Source: Clostridia bacterium
Lineage (GTDB): Bacteria; Bacillota; Clostridia; UMGS1883; UMGS1540
Length of the DNA: 64,000 nt
Assembly: GCA_045533905.1 (NCBI GenBank)
Contig: JAZSIR010000003.1
Location: 1-64,000 of the forward strand
Direction of reading: 5' to 3'
The position numbers and the translations under genes are program-made. Every line of letters starts with the position of its first letter. The stretch's first letter is position 1. Positions 1 to 8,132 of the stretch are shown here, one piece after another. The notes under the pieces were generated by a model. That model worked only from the letters and a program-made list of their open reading frames with translations. It was not told the origin of the DNA and did no database searches.

Positions 1-60
1 AGATACAATCTTTTCTCTAATTCCTTGTGGATACTTTTTCATTCCTTTAATTCCTGACAT
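1..60 (-). CDS. 5' end of a putative IS3-family transposase OrfA (partial, runs off the window)
   Basis: AGGAGG RBS 7 nt before ATG at 60; reads MSGIKGMKKYPQGIREKIVS, like the K-Y-x-x-x-x-R/K-x-x-I-V start of IS3 OrfA HTH domains. Not in the ORF track. Confidence 0.6.
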   Translation of the reverse strand, partial: MSGIKGMKKYPQGIREKIVS

Positions 61-139
61 AACAAAACCTCCTATGGTATTTTTATTCTACCATAGGAGG
101 TGCTTTTTTTCTATTGTCCGTTTTTACTGGACTTGTTCA
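1..139 (-). mobile_element. Left end of an IS3-family (IS150-like) insertion sequence, truncated by the window edge
   Basis: Minus strand from 139 reads TGAACAAGTCCAGTAAAAACGGACA, resembling IS3/IS150-group TG-initiated terminal repeats. It is followed by a 13-bp RBS-sequestering hairpin and an OrfA-like start. The segment is AT-rich relative to the rest of the window. Confidence 0.7.
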
Positions 140-173
140 GAGGCTTCGGGATGCCTTTTTTCGCGTGCGCTTC

Positions 174-203
174 TTGACAGAATACAGCGCAAAATGGTAT
201 AAT
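174..203 (+). promoter_or_regulatory. sigmaA promoter for patatin-comEC
   Basis: TTGACA (174-179), 18 nt spacer, extended -10 TGgTATAAT (198-203). Confidence 0.8.
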
Positions 204-233
204 AAGCAACATAAAAAGGAAGGGGGATTTTCC

Positions 234-1082
234 GTGCGTACGGGACTTGTACTGGAAGGCGGCGCAATGCGCGGCATGTTCACAGCAGGCGTACTCGATG
301 TGTTTTTGGAGCGCGGCATTACGTTTGACGGCGCGTGCGGCGTTTCGGCAGGTGCGGTGTTCGGCTGCAATCTGAAGTCGGGGCAGGCAGGGCGCACCAT
401 TCGGTACAATACGCGTTTTTGCGGTGACGCACGCTACGGAAGCTTTCGTTCCCTTTTGAAAACGGGGGACCTCTATGACGCCGAGTTTTGCTATCGCGAA
501 ATCCCCGAAAAGCTCGACATTTTCGATACGGAAGCGTTTCGTAAAAACCCCATGGCGTTTTATGTTGTCTGTACGGACGTGGATACGGGCATGCCCGTCT
601 ATAAAAGGATTTACGAAGGCATAGGGGAAGAACTTCTCTGGATGCGCGCCTCCGCCTCTCTTCCGTTTGTGTCCCGCATTGTCGAGGTGGGCGGACGAAG
701 GCTTTTAGACGGCGGCATTTCGGACTCTGTGCCGCTTCGGTTTATGGAAGGAATTGGCTACACCAAAAACGTGGTGGTGCTTACAAGACCTCGTACCTAT
801 GTGAAAAAGAGGGCAAAAAGCGTTTTAATGCGTCTTCTTCTTCGAAAAGAGCCGTATTTACTCGATGCAATTGAAGCAAGGGCCGACATGTATAATGAAA
901 CGCTCGAATATATTTGTGAAAAGGAGAAAAGAGGAGAAGTTTTTGTCATCCGTCCCGAAGCGGAACTTGCGGTAGGGAAGATGGAAAAAGACCCCGAAAA
1001 GCTTCGCACGGCATACGCGGAAGGCAGGCGGGCGGCACACGGGCAGATGGAAGCGCTTCTCCACTATTTAAAGAACGAATGA
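234..1082 (+). CDS. Patatin-like phospholipase (YjjU/DUF6363 type)
   Basis: GGAMRG oxyanion loop, GVSAG nucleophile motif, LLDGG. GTG start at 234 after an AAGGAAGGGGG RBS; the ORF-track start at 114 overlaps the IS end and promoter. Confidence 0.9.
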   Translation: MRTGLVLEGGAMRGMFTAGVLDVFLERGITFDGACGVSAGAVFGCNLKSGQAGRTIRYNTRFCGDARYGSFRSLLKTGDLYDAEFCYREIPEKLDIFDTEAFRKNPMAFYVVCTDVDTGMPVYKRIYEGIGEELLWMRASASLPFVSRIVEVGGRRLLDGGISDSVPLRFMEGIGYTKNVVVLTRPRTYVKKRAKSVLMRLLLRKEPYLLDAIEARADMYNETLEYICEKEKRGEVFVIRPEAELAVGKMEKDPEKLRTAYAEGRRAAHGQMEALLHYLKNE

Positions 1083-3346
1083 AAAAGCGGTACTTTTTCT
1101 GGTTTACCACGGCATTCCTTTTCGGAATCGTGCTTGCCTCGCGCGGGCTGACCACGGCGGTCTGGCTCCTTGCGGCAGGCACTTTTTTGAGTGCGCTCTT
1201 TTTGGGAAAATACGGGTGGCGAAAGGTGCTTTTGTTCTTAGTGGCAGGCGGTATCCTCGGCTTTCTTTGCTTTTCGTGGCATTTCGGCGTGTACGAAAGG
1301 ACCCGGGATGCCGTAGACGGTGCGGAGGTCACTTTCTCCGGCCGTGTTCTGGAATGTGTGCCGCGCGAGGCGGATACACGTCTTTTTGTCCGTGGGCGCA
1401 TAGAAGGCGCAGATTTCGCCTTTGATAATTTCGGCGCCTATGTCTTTACAAAAGACGGCACATATGCCTATGGCGATACCCTTTCGCTCACAGCTCGCGC
1501 CGAGGTGCCCTCGCCCGCTGAAAATTTCGGAGAGACGGATATGCGCTTCTTTTATATGGGAAGGGACGTGTCGGCCTTTTTCTATCCGGACGATGGCGCC
1601 ATAGAGAAAACAGGGCACGACGTTTCGCTTTTCCGCCCGCGCGATCTGGCGATGCACTGGCGGGAGAAGGCGCAGGAAAGAATTTCCGCGCATACCCAAG
1701 GGCGCGAGGAGGGATTTCTCCGCGCATTTATCACGGGCGATAAAAGCCTTATGTACCGGGAGGAAAGTGAGCGTCTCTCCCGCGCAGGCCTTTCGCATAT
1801 CGTAGCCGTTTCGGGACTGCATCTCGGGGTGGTGGTTGGCGGTGTTTTAGCACTTTTCGGTTTTCTGCAAATCCGCCGCCGTATACTTTCCACCTGCTTC
1901 TGCCTTGTTTTTATATGGTTCTTTGTTCTTTTTACGGGCGCTTCTGTTTCGGCGATGCGGGCGGCGATTATGCTTTCCGTTTTCTTTATGGCCGACTTTT
2001 TCCGCCGCCAGAGCGACAGCCTTACCGCGCTTGCCTTTGCCGCGTTTTCTCTGTGCCTTGCAAATCCCGGCACGCTGTTTGATATCAGCTTTCAGCTCTC
2101 GGCGTCCTCCACACTTGGGATTCTTTTGTTTGCATCGGCACTTTCTGCCCGTCCTGCGTGCCTGCCGAAGTGGTTTCGCACCGTGTATGCAACCTCCCTC
2201 TCGGCCTTCCTCGGCTTTATGCCGCTTGCGGCATATCATTTCGGCGCCGTTTCCGTCATAGGGCTTTTGGCAAATGTCCTCGTCGGTCCGCTTTTATCGC
2301 CGCTTCTTCTTGCAGGCGTGGCGGCCGTGCTTCTTGGCGATATCCCCGTCCTTTCCGATGTCCTTTTCTTTTTCCTTGAAAAGGGCGTAGCTTACATTCT
2401 GCAGGTGGCTGCGGTGTTCGCGCCGCTTTCCCTATCGGCTGTGCCGCTGGGCAGCATTTCGCTGCGCTGGATGCTTTCCTATGTTTTCGCGCTTTCCGGC
2501 CTCTGGCTCTCTCTTGCGCGGCGGCGCCGCGCACTGTGGAGCTTTTGCATTGCTCTTTTCCTGACGGCCGCGTTCCTTCTTGAAAGCGCCGTCACCTTCC
2601 ATACGACGGAAATCACCTTCCTCTCCGTCGGGGATGGGGATGCGGCCGTGGTGCGCCGCGGCACATATACGCTTCTTATCGACGGCGCCGGAAGCGCGTT
2701 TTCGTCGGTTGGCGAGCGCACGGTGCTGCCGTATCTCCGAAGAGAGGGCATCCGCAAAATCGACGCGGCCTTTTTAACGTATTACAACACCGACCAAGCC
2801 GACGGCATTTTGTATCTTCTCGAAAACGGATATATCCGCGCTTTGTACCTTCCGTACCACGAGGGCGGCGAATGGAAAGCGACGCTCTCGCGCGCGGCGC
2901 TTGCGGCGGGCACGCCCGTCCGCTACCTCGGCGACGGTGACACGGTTTCTCTCGGTTCCCTTTCTGTTTCGGCCTTGGATACTGCCGCGAAAGGGGAGGA
3001 GAATAACGGGCTGATGTACAGACTCGATGCGCCGGGCGGCCGCGTGCTTTTCACGGGCGATGCGGATGCGATGGGCGAAAAACGCCTTGTATACCGCGGC
3101 GCCGACCTTCGCGCCGATATTCTGAAGGTTTCACACCACGGGAGCCGCACGGCAACCTCGCCGCAGTTTATGGGGGCGGTAGCACCCGCGGTTGCCGTCA
3201 TTTCCTCCGCCGCCCCGCCGGACGGGGAGACTCTAAAGACACTCATGCAAGAAGGCGTGCGCCTCTGCCACACCGATATTTCGGGTGCGGTGCGCATCCG
3301 GCTTTCAGAGAGAGGAATTCGAAAAATCTCCACCTTCCGCCCATAG
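1079..3346 (+). CDS. comEC: ComEC/Rec2 DNA uptake channel (OB domain, Competence domain, MBL-fold domain)
   Basis: GLSHIVAVSGLH, SAMRA, SFQLS, VGDGDA and LKVSHHGS motifs; many TM segments; ATGA overlap with patatin. Confidence 0.92.
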   Translation: MKKRYFFWFTTAFLFGIVLASRGLTTAVWLLAAGTFLSALFLGKYGWRKVLLFLVAGGILGFLCFSWHFGVYERTRDAVDGAEVTFSGRVLECVPREADTRLFVRGRIEGADFAFDNFGAYVFTKDGTYAYGDTLSLTARAEVPSPAENFGETDMRFFYMGRDVSAFFYPDDGAIEKTGHDVSLFRPRDLAMHWREKAQERISAHTQGREEGFLRAFITGDKSLMYREESERLSRAGLSHIVAVSGLHLGVVVGGVLALFGFLQIRRRILSTCFCLVFIWFFVLFTGASVSAMRAAIMLSVFFMADFFRRQSDSLTALAFAAFSLCLANPGTLFDISFQLSASSTLGILLFASALSARPACLPKWFRTVYATSLSAFLGFMPLAAYHFGAVSVIGLLANVLVGPLLSPLLLAGVAAVLLGDIPVLSDVLFFFLEKGVAYILQVAAVFAPLSLSAVPLGSISLRWMLSYVFALSGLWLSLARRRRALWSFCIALFLTAAFLLESAVTFHTTEITFLSVGDGDAAVVRRGTYTLLIDGAGSAFSSVGERTVLPYLRREGIRKIDAAFLTYYNTDQADGILYLLENGYIRALYLPYHEGGEWKATLSRAALAAGTPVRYLGDGDTVSLGSLSVSALDTAAKGEENNGLMYRLDAPGGRVLFTGDADAMGEKRLVYRGADLRADILKVSHHGSRTATSPQFMGAVAPAVAVISSAAPPDGETLKTLMQEGVRLCHTDISGAVRIRLSERGIRKISTFRP

Positions 3347-3358
3347 CATAAAAAAGGT

Positions 3359-3388
3359 TTGACGGCCGAGGGTAAATGGGTGTATACT
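3359..3388 (+). promoter_or_regulatory. sigmaA promoter for murJ-DUF5693-csaB
   Basis: TTGACG, 18 nt, TATACT upstream of the murJ RBS. Confidence 0.6.
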
Positions 3389-3420
3389 ATACCTATAGAA
3401 AGAACGTAGGGAGAAGCAAT

Positions 3421-4938
3421 ATGGGAAACTCATATTTTCTGGTGGTTTTAGGGATAATACTTGCCAAGGGCCTCGGTTTTTACCGAGATATGGTCTTTGC
3501 CGGCACGTTCGGGACAAGCACCGCGGCCGATATATATTTTCAGGTGTTCGGGCTTGTAAATCTGATTTTCACGGGCATCGGTATGGCCCTTTCCACACTG
3601 GTGATTAAAAATATCAATAAAACGGAAAACCGCGGCATTGAAAAGGAATATGCCGCCCGCTTTCTCCAAAAAAGCGCACTCTGGCTTCTTCTGGCGGCGG
3701 CGGTGATGGCCGTCTTCGCAAAGCCGATTGTGCACCTCATTTTGCCCGCGCTTTCGGGCGAAGCACTCGGGGTGGCGGTGCGCCTTATGTACATTATGCT
3801 TCCGTCGCTTATCTTTGTGGTGATTGCCTACATCATTTCCGGCATTTTGCAGAATGAAAAGGTGTATTTTATCACGGCCATTATGAGCCTTCCCTTCAAT
3901 GTGGCCATCATTCTTTCGCTTTTTGTGCCCGGCGTCTCCGTTGAAACGGTAGGGCTTGTCACCACCGTCGGCTGGTTCTTGCATATCGCCATTCTGCTCC
4001 CGTCCTTTTATAAGAAGGGGTATTCGCTTCTGAAAAAGCGCGGCGATGCGGCCGTATACAGCGGCAAGAACACGGAAATCCTCTGGATCTTCATTTCGAA
4101 TATGATGTTCCAGCTCTGCTTTTATACCGACCGCGCCTTCGTCGGCACTTCCGAAGGTATGGCGGCTACCTTCAATTACGCGTCGAACCTTTTTATCACG
4201 ATTTCGAGCGTGTTCGTGGTGGCGATGTCCACCGTTATTTTCCCCTCCATCTCCAAAAATTACGAAGAGGGGCAGATTGAATATGTAAATACGCTTCTGC
4301 AGAATATCATAAAAATTATGGTGAGCATCTTCCTGCCGTTTCTCCTCGTTGTCGGCTTTTTCGGGGAGGATGTCATCCGTCTCCTTTACGAGCGCGGCTC
4401 CTTTACGGAAGAGGCCACACGCTCTGTCGCAACTGTATTTTTGATTTACGCCCTCGGCATTTTAGGGTACCTTTCGCAGGAACTTTTCAACAAAATCTTA
4501 TACCTTGCGGGGAAATATACATATTCCGTGCTCGGTACGGTGGCTGTCGTTCTTATCAATATAATCACGAATATCGTCCTCGGCGCCTCCCTTCCCGAAA
4601 CGCCGTTTGGGGAAACGGGGCTTTCCGTCCGGGAGTTTTGGACGGCGGCTTCCTCGGCCGTATTCCTTACAGGCTATGCGGTTCTCATTGCCGCATCCCT
4701 TCGCCGCGTGGTCGGGAAATATCTCACACGTGCGCTTCGTACTTCCGTTTTGAAAATCTTCGCCGCGGGGCTTTTAGCCGTGGCGTGCTACCTTGTGTGG
4801 CAAATGGCCGCCCCGGGATTTACACACGGGTATCTCACATTCCTTCTGCCGCTTTCGATGTGCGGCGCGGTGTATATCGCAGGGCTCCTTCTGACGGGCG
4901 TTCTGAAAGAACTTTTTACGAAAAGAGAAGAGAGGTAA
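3421..4938 (+). CDS. murJ: MurJ/MviN-family lipid-linked glycan flippase
   Basis: KGLGFYRDMVFAGTFG, TVIFPSIS and LLYERGSF MviN motifs; polytopic membrane protein; ATG 3421 after a GGGAG RBS. Confidence 0.85.
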   Translation: MGNSYFLVVLGIILAKGLGFYRDMVFAGTFGTSTAADIYFQVFGLVNLIFTGIGMALSTLVIKNINKTENRGIEKEYAARFLQKSALWLLLAAAVMAVFAKPIVHLILPALSGEALGVAVRLMYIMLPSLIFVVIAYIISGILQNEKVYFITAIMSLPFNVAIILSLFVPGVSVETVGLVTTVGWFLHIAILLPSFYKKGYSLLKKRGDAAVYSGKNTEILWIFISNMMFQLCFYTDRAFVGTSEGMAATFNYASNLFITISSVFVVAMSTVIFPSISKNYEEGQIEYVNTLLQNIIKIMVSIFLPFLLVVGFFGEDVIRLLYERGSFTEEATRSVATVFLIYALGILGYLSQELFNKILYLAGKYTYSVLGTVAVVLINIITNIVLGASLPETPFGETGLSVREFWTAASSAVFLTGYAVLIAASLRRVVGKYLTRALRTSVLKIFAAGLLAVACYLVWQMAAPGFTHGYLTFLLPLSMCGAVYIAGLLLTGVLKELFTKREER

Positions 4939-4942
4939 CACT

Positions 4943-6991
4943 ATGAAAAAAATCTGCATCCGCTACGGCGTTTTCATTCTTCTGGCCGCAATGCTTCTGT
5001 CGCTTGTGCCGGGCTTTACCCTTCGTCTCGGAAGCGAAGCACAAAATAAAAATGTAACGGTTTCTCTTCTGTATAACGATTTTCGCAGCAAAGTGTCGGA
5101 GGAGCAGTTCGGGGAGCTCCTCGAAGCCTATAAAGAGGCAGGTGTTCGCACCATTTCCGTAATGGAAGAGGATGTGAATGCACTTGTGGCGCGCGGCGAT
5201 GCCACGTGCATCAAGTACAATGTGCTGCGCCATAAGTATGATGCTGAAAGCATTGAGATTGCCAATTTTATCGAGGCAAACTGCCCGCGCGTGGCGTATG
5301 ACAGCCACGTCATCATCGCCGCCCGCGAGGAGGCGAAAGCGCAGCTTCGGTATGTGCTTCCGAGAAAGTACAGCGACGAAGATTTTATGGCCGTTGGCAC
5401 CTTCCGGAACTTTGATATCTATGTTCTCTATGACGGCCAGCGTGACCTTTGGAACTACCCCGTCGGCTACAGCGAGAGCAAAATTGCGCGCCTTCGGGAG
5501 GAAGGCTTTGCAGTGGCGCTTATCTACAAGGTTAAAAACTATCACAAAACCGAGTATCTGGACGACCTTGCGCGACTTGTAAAGGACTACGATGTTTCCT
5601 ATCTCAACATAAAGGCCGATTCTGAAAAATATGCGCCGGAGGAAATCATTCCGGCCAATTACGAAAAGGTGGCAGACCTTATCCGTGAAGAGGATATGAC
5701 GCTGGTGGTCACGGAAAACACGAACCAGCTTTCGAATCAGGCGTGCCTCGGCTATGAGAAGATTTTTGCCGCCGCCGAGGAAGGCCCCGGTAAAATTCTC
5801 CGCGCCTATGAAACGTATGACGAGTCGCAGGCGGACGATACGAACTATAAATATCGCGTAACGCAGTATTTTAATTCCACCATCGACCGCAATATCCGCT
5901 TTATCACCGTAACACAGATTACGCCGCAGAAGGTGCCGTACAGAGAGTGTGCGGAAAATACCCTTCGCGCGGTGATAGAATATAAAGAAAAAATCGAAAA
6001 AGCCGGCTTTTCCACAGATGGCGGCGCAATTCCGTTTGCCTATACGGCAGATGCACGTAAAAACGCCGCGGCCGCCGCAGCCATTATGGTGCTGGCACTT
6101 CTCTTTATGGCCGAAATGATTGCGGGCAAGATGCTCCCGAAAACGCGCGCGGTAGCCATCCTCTTTGGTATTCTGGCGTTTTTGGGTACCTTCGTTCTGC
6201 CTTCCTCTCTTCTTGCTTTGTACCCAACGGCGTTTTGCGTCATTATGTCTACCTTCGCCGTCACAGTCTTTATGTGGTTTGTTAAAAAGAAAAAGGATAG
6301 CCTGCCCACACCTTGGCTGGCGCTTTCCGCACTTGCCGTTATGCTTTCGGCACTTCTTATCGGCGCGGCCATTATGGGCACGCTTTTGTCCGGCCTTTCC
6401 TACTACATCAATAATTCCATTTTCCGCGGCATTAAGCTCTCGCTCCTTCTGCCCGTTTTCTACGCGGCGGCTCTTTACTACTTCCTTTTCCTCAAAACGG
6501 AAGAAACGGATGTTTTCGAGGATGCGAAAAAGCTGCTCTTTTCGGAAATTAAGGTCTACTGGGTAGCTATCGGGGCAGTTGTTTTGGGCGTAGGCGCGTA
6601 CTACATTATCCGAAGCGGCAACGTAAACTCCATAAGCAGCCTCGAGCAGGCGCTCCGCGCAGGGCTTACGGAAATTTTTCCTGCCCGCCCGCGCACGAAG
6701 GAGTTTTTAATCGGCTACCCGGCACTCATTTTGTTCGTTTACTATAAGAAGAATACGGATTGCCATTTTATAAGCTGGATGCTCGCCGTGGGCGCTTCCA
6801 TTCTCGCCGCTTCCGTAACAAACAGCTTCTGCCACGTCTTTACCGATTTTGCCACTATTGTAACGCGTACTGTAAACGGCCTTCTGGTCGGCGCGCTCGT
6901 TTCAGCCGTTGCCGTTTTTGCAAATGCAATTCTCCGGCGGCTTCTCGCGTTCGGAAAAGCACTGTATACGAAAAAGATGGAGATGAAATAA
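4943..6991 (+). CDS. DUF5693-like membrane protein (N-terminal anchor, extracellular domain, C-terminal TM bundle)
   Basis: C-terminal FRGIKL, RSGN, RPRTKEFLIGYP and NSFCH motifs; position next to csaB. Confidence 0.7.
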   Translation: MKKICIRYGVFILLAAMLLSLVPGFTLRLGSEAQNKNVTVSLLYNDFRSKVSEEQFGELLEAYKEAGVRTISVMEEDVNALVARGDATCIKYNVLRHKYDAESIEIANFIEANCPRVAYDSHVIIAAREEAKAQLRYVLPRKYSDEDFMAVGTFRNFDIYVLYDGQRDLWNYPVGYSESKIARLREEGFAVALIYKVKNYHKTEYLDDLARLVKDYDVSYLNIKADSEKYAPEEIIPANYEKVADLIREEDMTLVVTENTNQLSNQACLGYEKIFAAAEEGPGKILRAYETYDESQADDTNYKYRVTQYFNSTIDRNIRFITVTQITPQKVPYRECAENTLRAVIEYKEKIEKAGFSTDGGAIPFAYTADARKNAAAAAAIMVLALLFMAEMIAGKMLPKTRAVAILFGILAFLGTFVLPSSLLALYPTAFCVIMSTFAVTVFMWFVKKKKDSLPTPWLALSALAVMLSALLIGAAIMGTLLSGLSYYINNSIFRGIKLSLLLPVFYAAALYYFLFLKTEETDVFEDAKKLLFSEIKVYWVAIGAVVLGVGAYYIIRSGNVNSISSLEQALRAGLTEIFPARPRTKEFLIGYPALILFVYYKKNTDCHFISWMLAVGASILAASVTNSFCHVFTDFATIVTRTVNGLLVGALVSAVAVFANAILRRLLAFGKALYTKKMEMK

Positions 6992-8085
6992 TGGCGGATA
7001 TTGTAATTTCCGGATATCACGGCTTTCGAAACAGCGGTGATGAGGCACTTCTCTTTGCTATTTTGAATACGCTTCGGAAAAAGAATCCCGCACTGACCTT
7101 CACCGTCTTATCCAAAACGCCGGAGGAGACGGCGCGGGCATACGGCGTGCATGCTGTCTCCCGCTACGATTTTTTTGCGGTGCGGCGGGAAATGAAAAAG
7201 GCGAAGATGCTCCTTTTCGGGGGCGGCAGTCTTTTGCAGGATGCCACGAGCAGTAAATCGGTTCTTTATTATCTGGCCGTTCTCCGTCTGGCACAAAAGT
7301 GCGGCCTTAAAACGATGCTGTATGCAAACGGCGTAGGGCCTATTCTGAAAAAGCGAAACCGCGCACTTGCGGCCCGCATCCTAAACCGCACCGACCTTAT
7401 TACTTTGCGCGACGATAAGTCCGACGAGGAGCTTCGCGCCCTCGGCGTAACATCTCCCAAAACGATTATCACGGCGGACCCCGCCTTTACGCTGGACGCC
7501 TCGCTCTCCCTTTCGGGTGAGTATTTTCTGCATATGGCGGGCGTGCCGAAAAAGGCGCGGCTTATGGTCGTTTCCATCCGTGAATGGAAGGAAAACGCCG
7601 CAGATTTTTCTGCGGAGATGGCCGCATTTTGTGACGATATGGCCGAGCGCCACGGCCTTGTGCCGCTCTTTGTACCGATGCAGTATCCGGCCGATGTGGC
7701 CATTGCCGAAGAGGTGGCCGGAAAGATGCGCCACGAGGCGTATCATATACGGCGCGAGCTTTCGGTGCCTGAAATGTTTGCCGTTTTGTCTGAGGCGGAG
7801 GTGCTCGTCGGGATGCGCCTGCATTCTCTGATTTATGCAACGACGCTTGCCGTGCCGGCTATGGCCATTGTGTATGACCCGAAAATCAGCGCGTTTATGG
7901 AATCGCTCTGCCAGCCGGAGTGCGCAGATGCGGCGCACTTTTCTGCGCGCGATGCAGCCGCGATGGTTGACAGAATTTTGGAAGAATACGAAAAGCGGAA
8001 GGAAATGCTCCGTGCGCGAAACGAAGACCTTCGCCGTATGGCCGAAGAAAACGCCACATATGCGCTTCGCCTCCTCGCAGAATAA
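6991..8085 (+). CDS. csaB: Polysaccharide pyruvyl transferase CsaB
   Basis: ISGYHGFRNSGDEA, GGGSLLQDATSSKS, ITLRD, ADPA, GMRLHSLI, YDPK; TAATG overlap start at 6991. Confidence 0.92.
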   Translation: MADIVISGYHGFRNSGDEALLFAILNTLRKKNPALTFTVLSKTPEETARAYGVHAVSRYDFFAVRREMKKAKMLLFGGGSLLQDATSSKSVLYYLAVLRLAQKCGLKTMLYANGVGPILKKRNRALAARILNRTDLITLRDDKSDEELRALGVTSPKTIITADPAFTLDASLSLSGEYFLHMAGVPKKARLMVVSIREWKENAADFSAEMAAFCDDMAERHGLVPLFVPMQYPADVAIAEEVAGKMRHEAYHIRRELSVPEMFAVLSEAEVLVGMRLHSLIYATTLAVPAMAIVYDPKISAFMESLCQPECADAAHFSARDAAAMVDRILEEYEKRKEMLRARNEDLRRMAEENATYALRLLAE

Positions 8086-8092
8086 AGAATAA

Positions 8093-8121
8093 AAAAGGAC
8101 TGCAAAAATTGCAGTCCTTTT
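8093..8121. terminator. Bidirectional intrinsic terminator
   Basis: AAAAGGACTGCAA-AAA-TTGCAGTCCTTTT between convergent genes. Confidence 0.85.
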
Positions 8122-8132
8122 CTTATTTCTTT

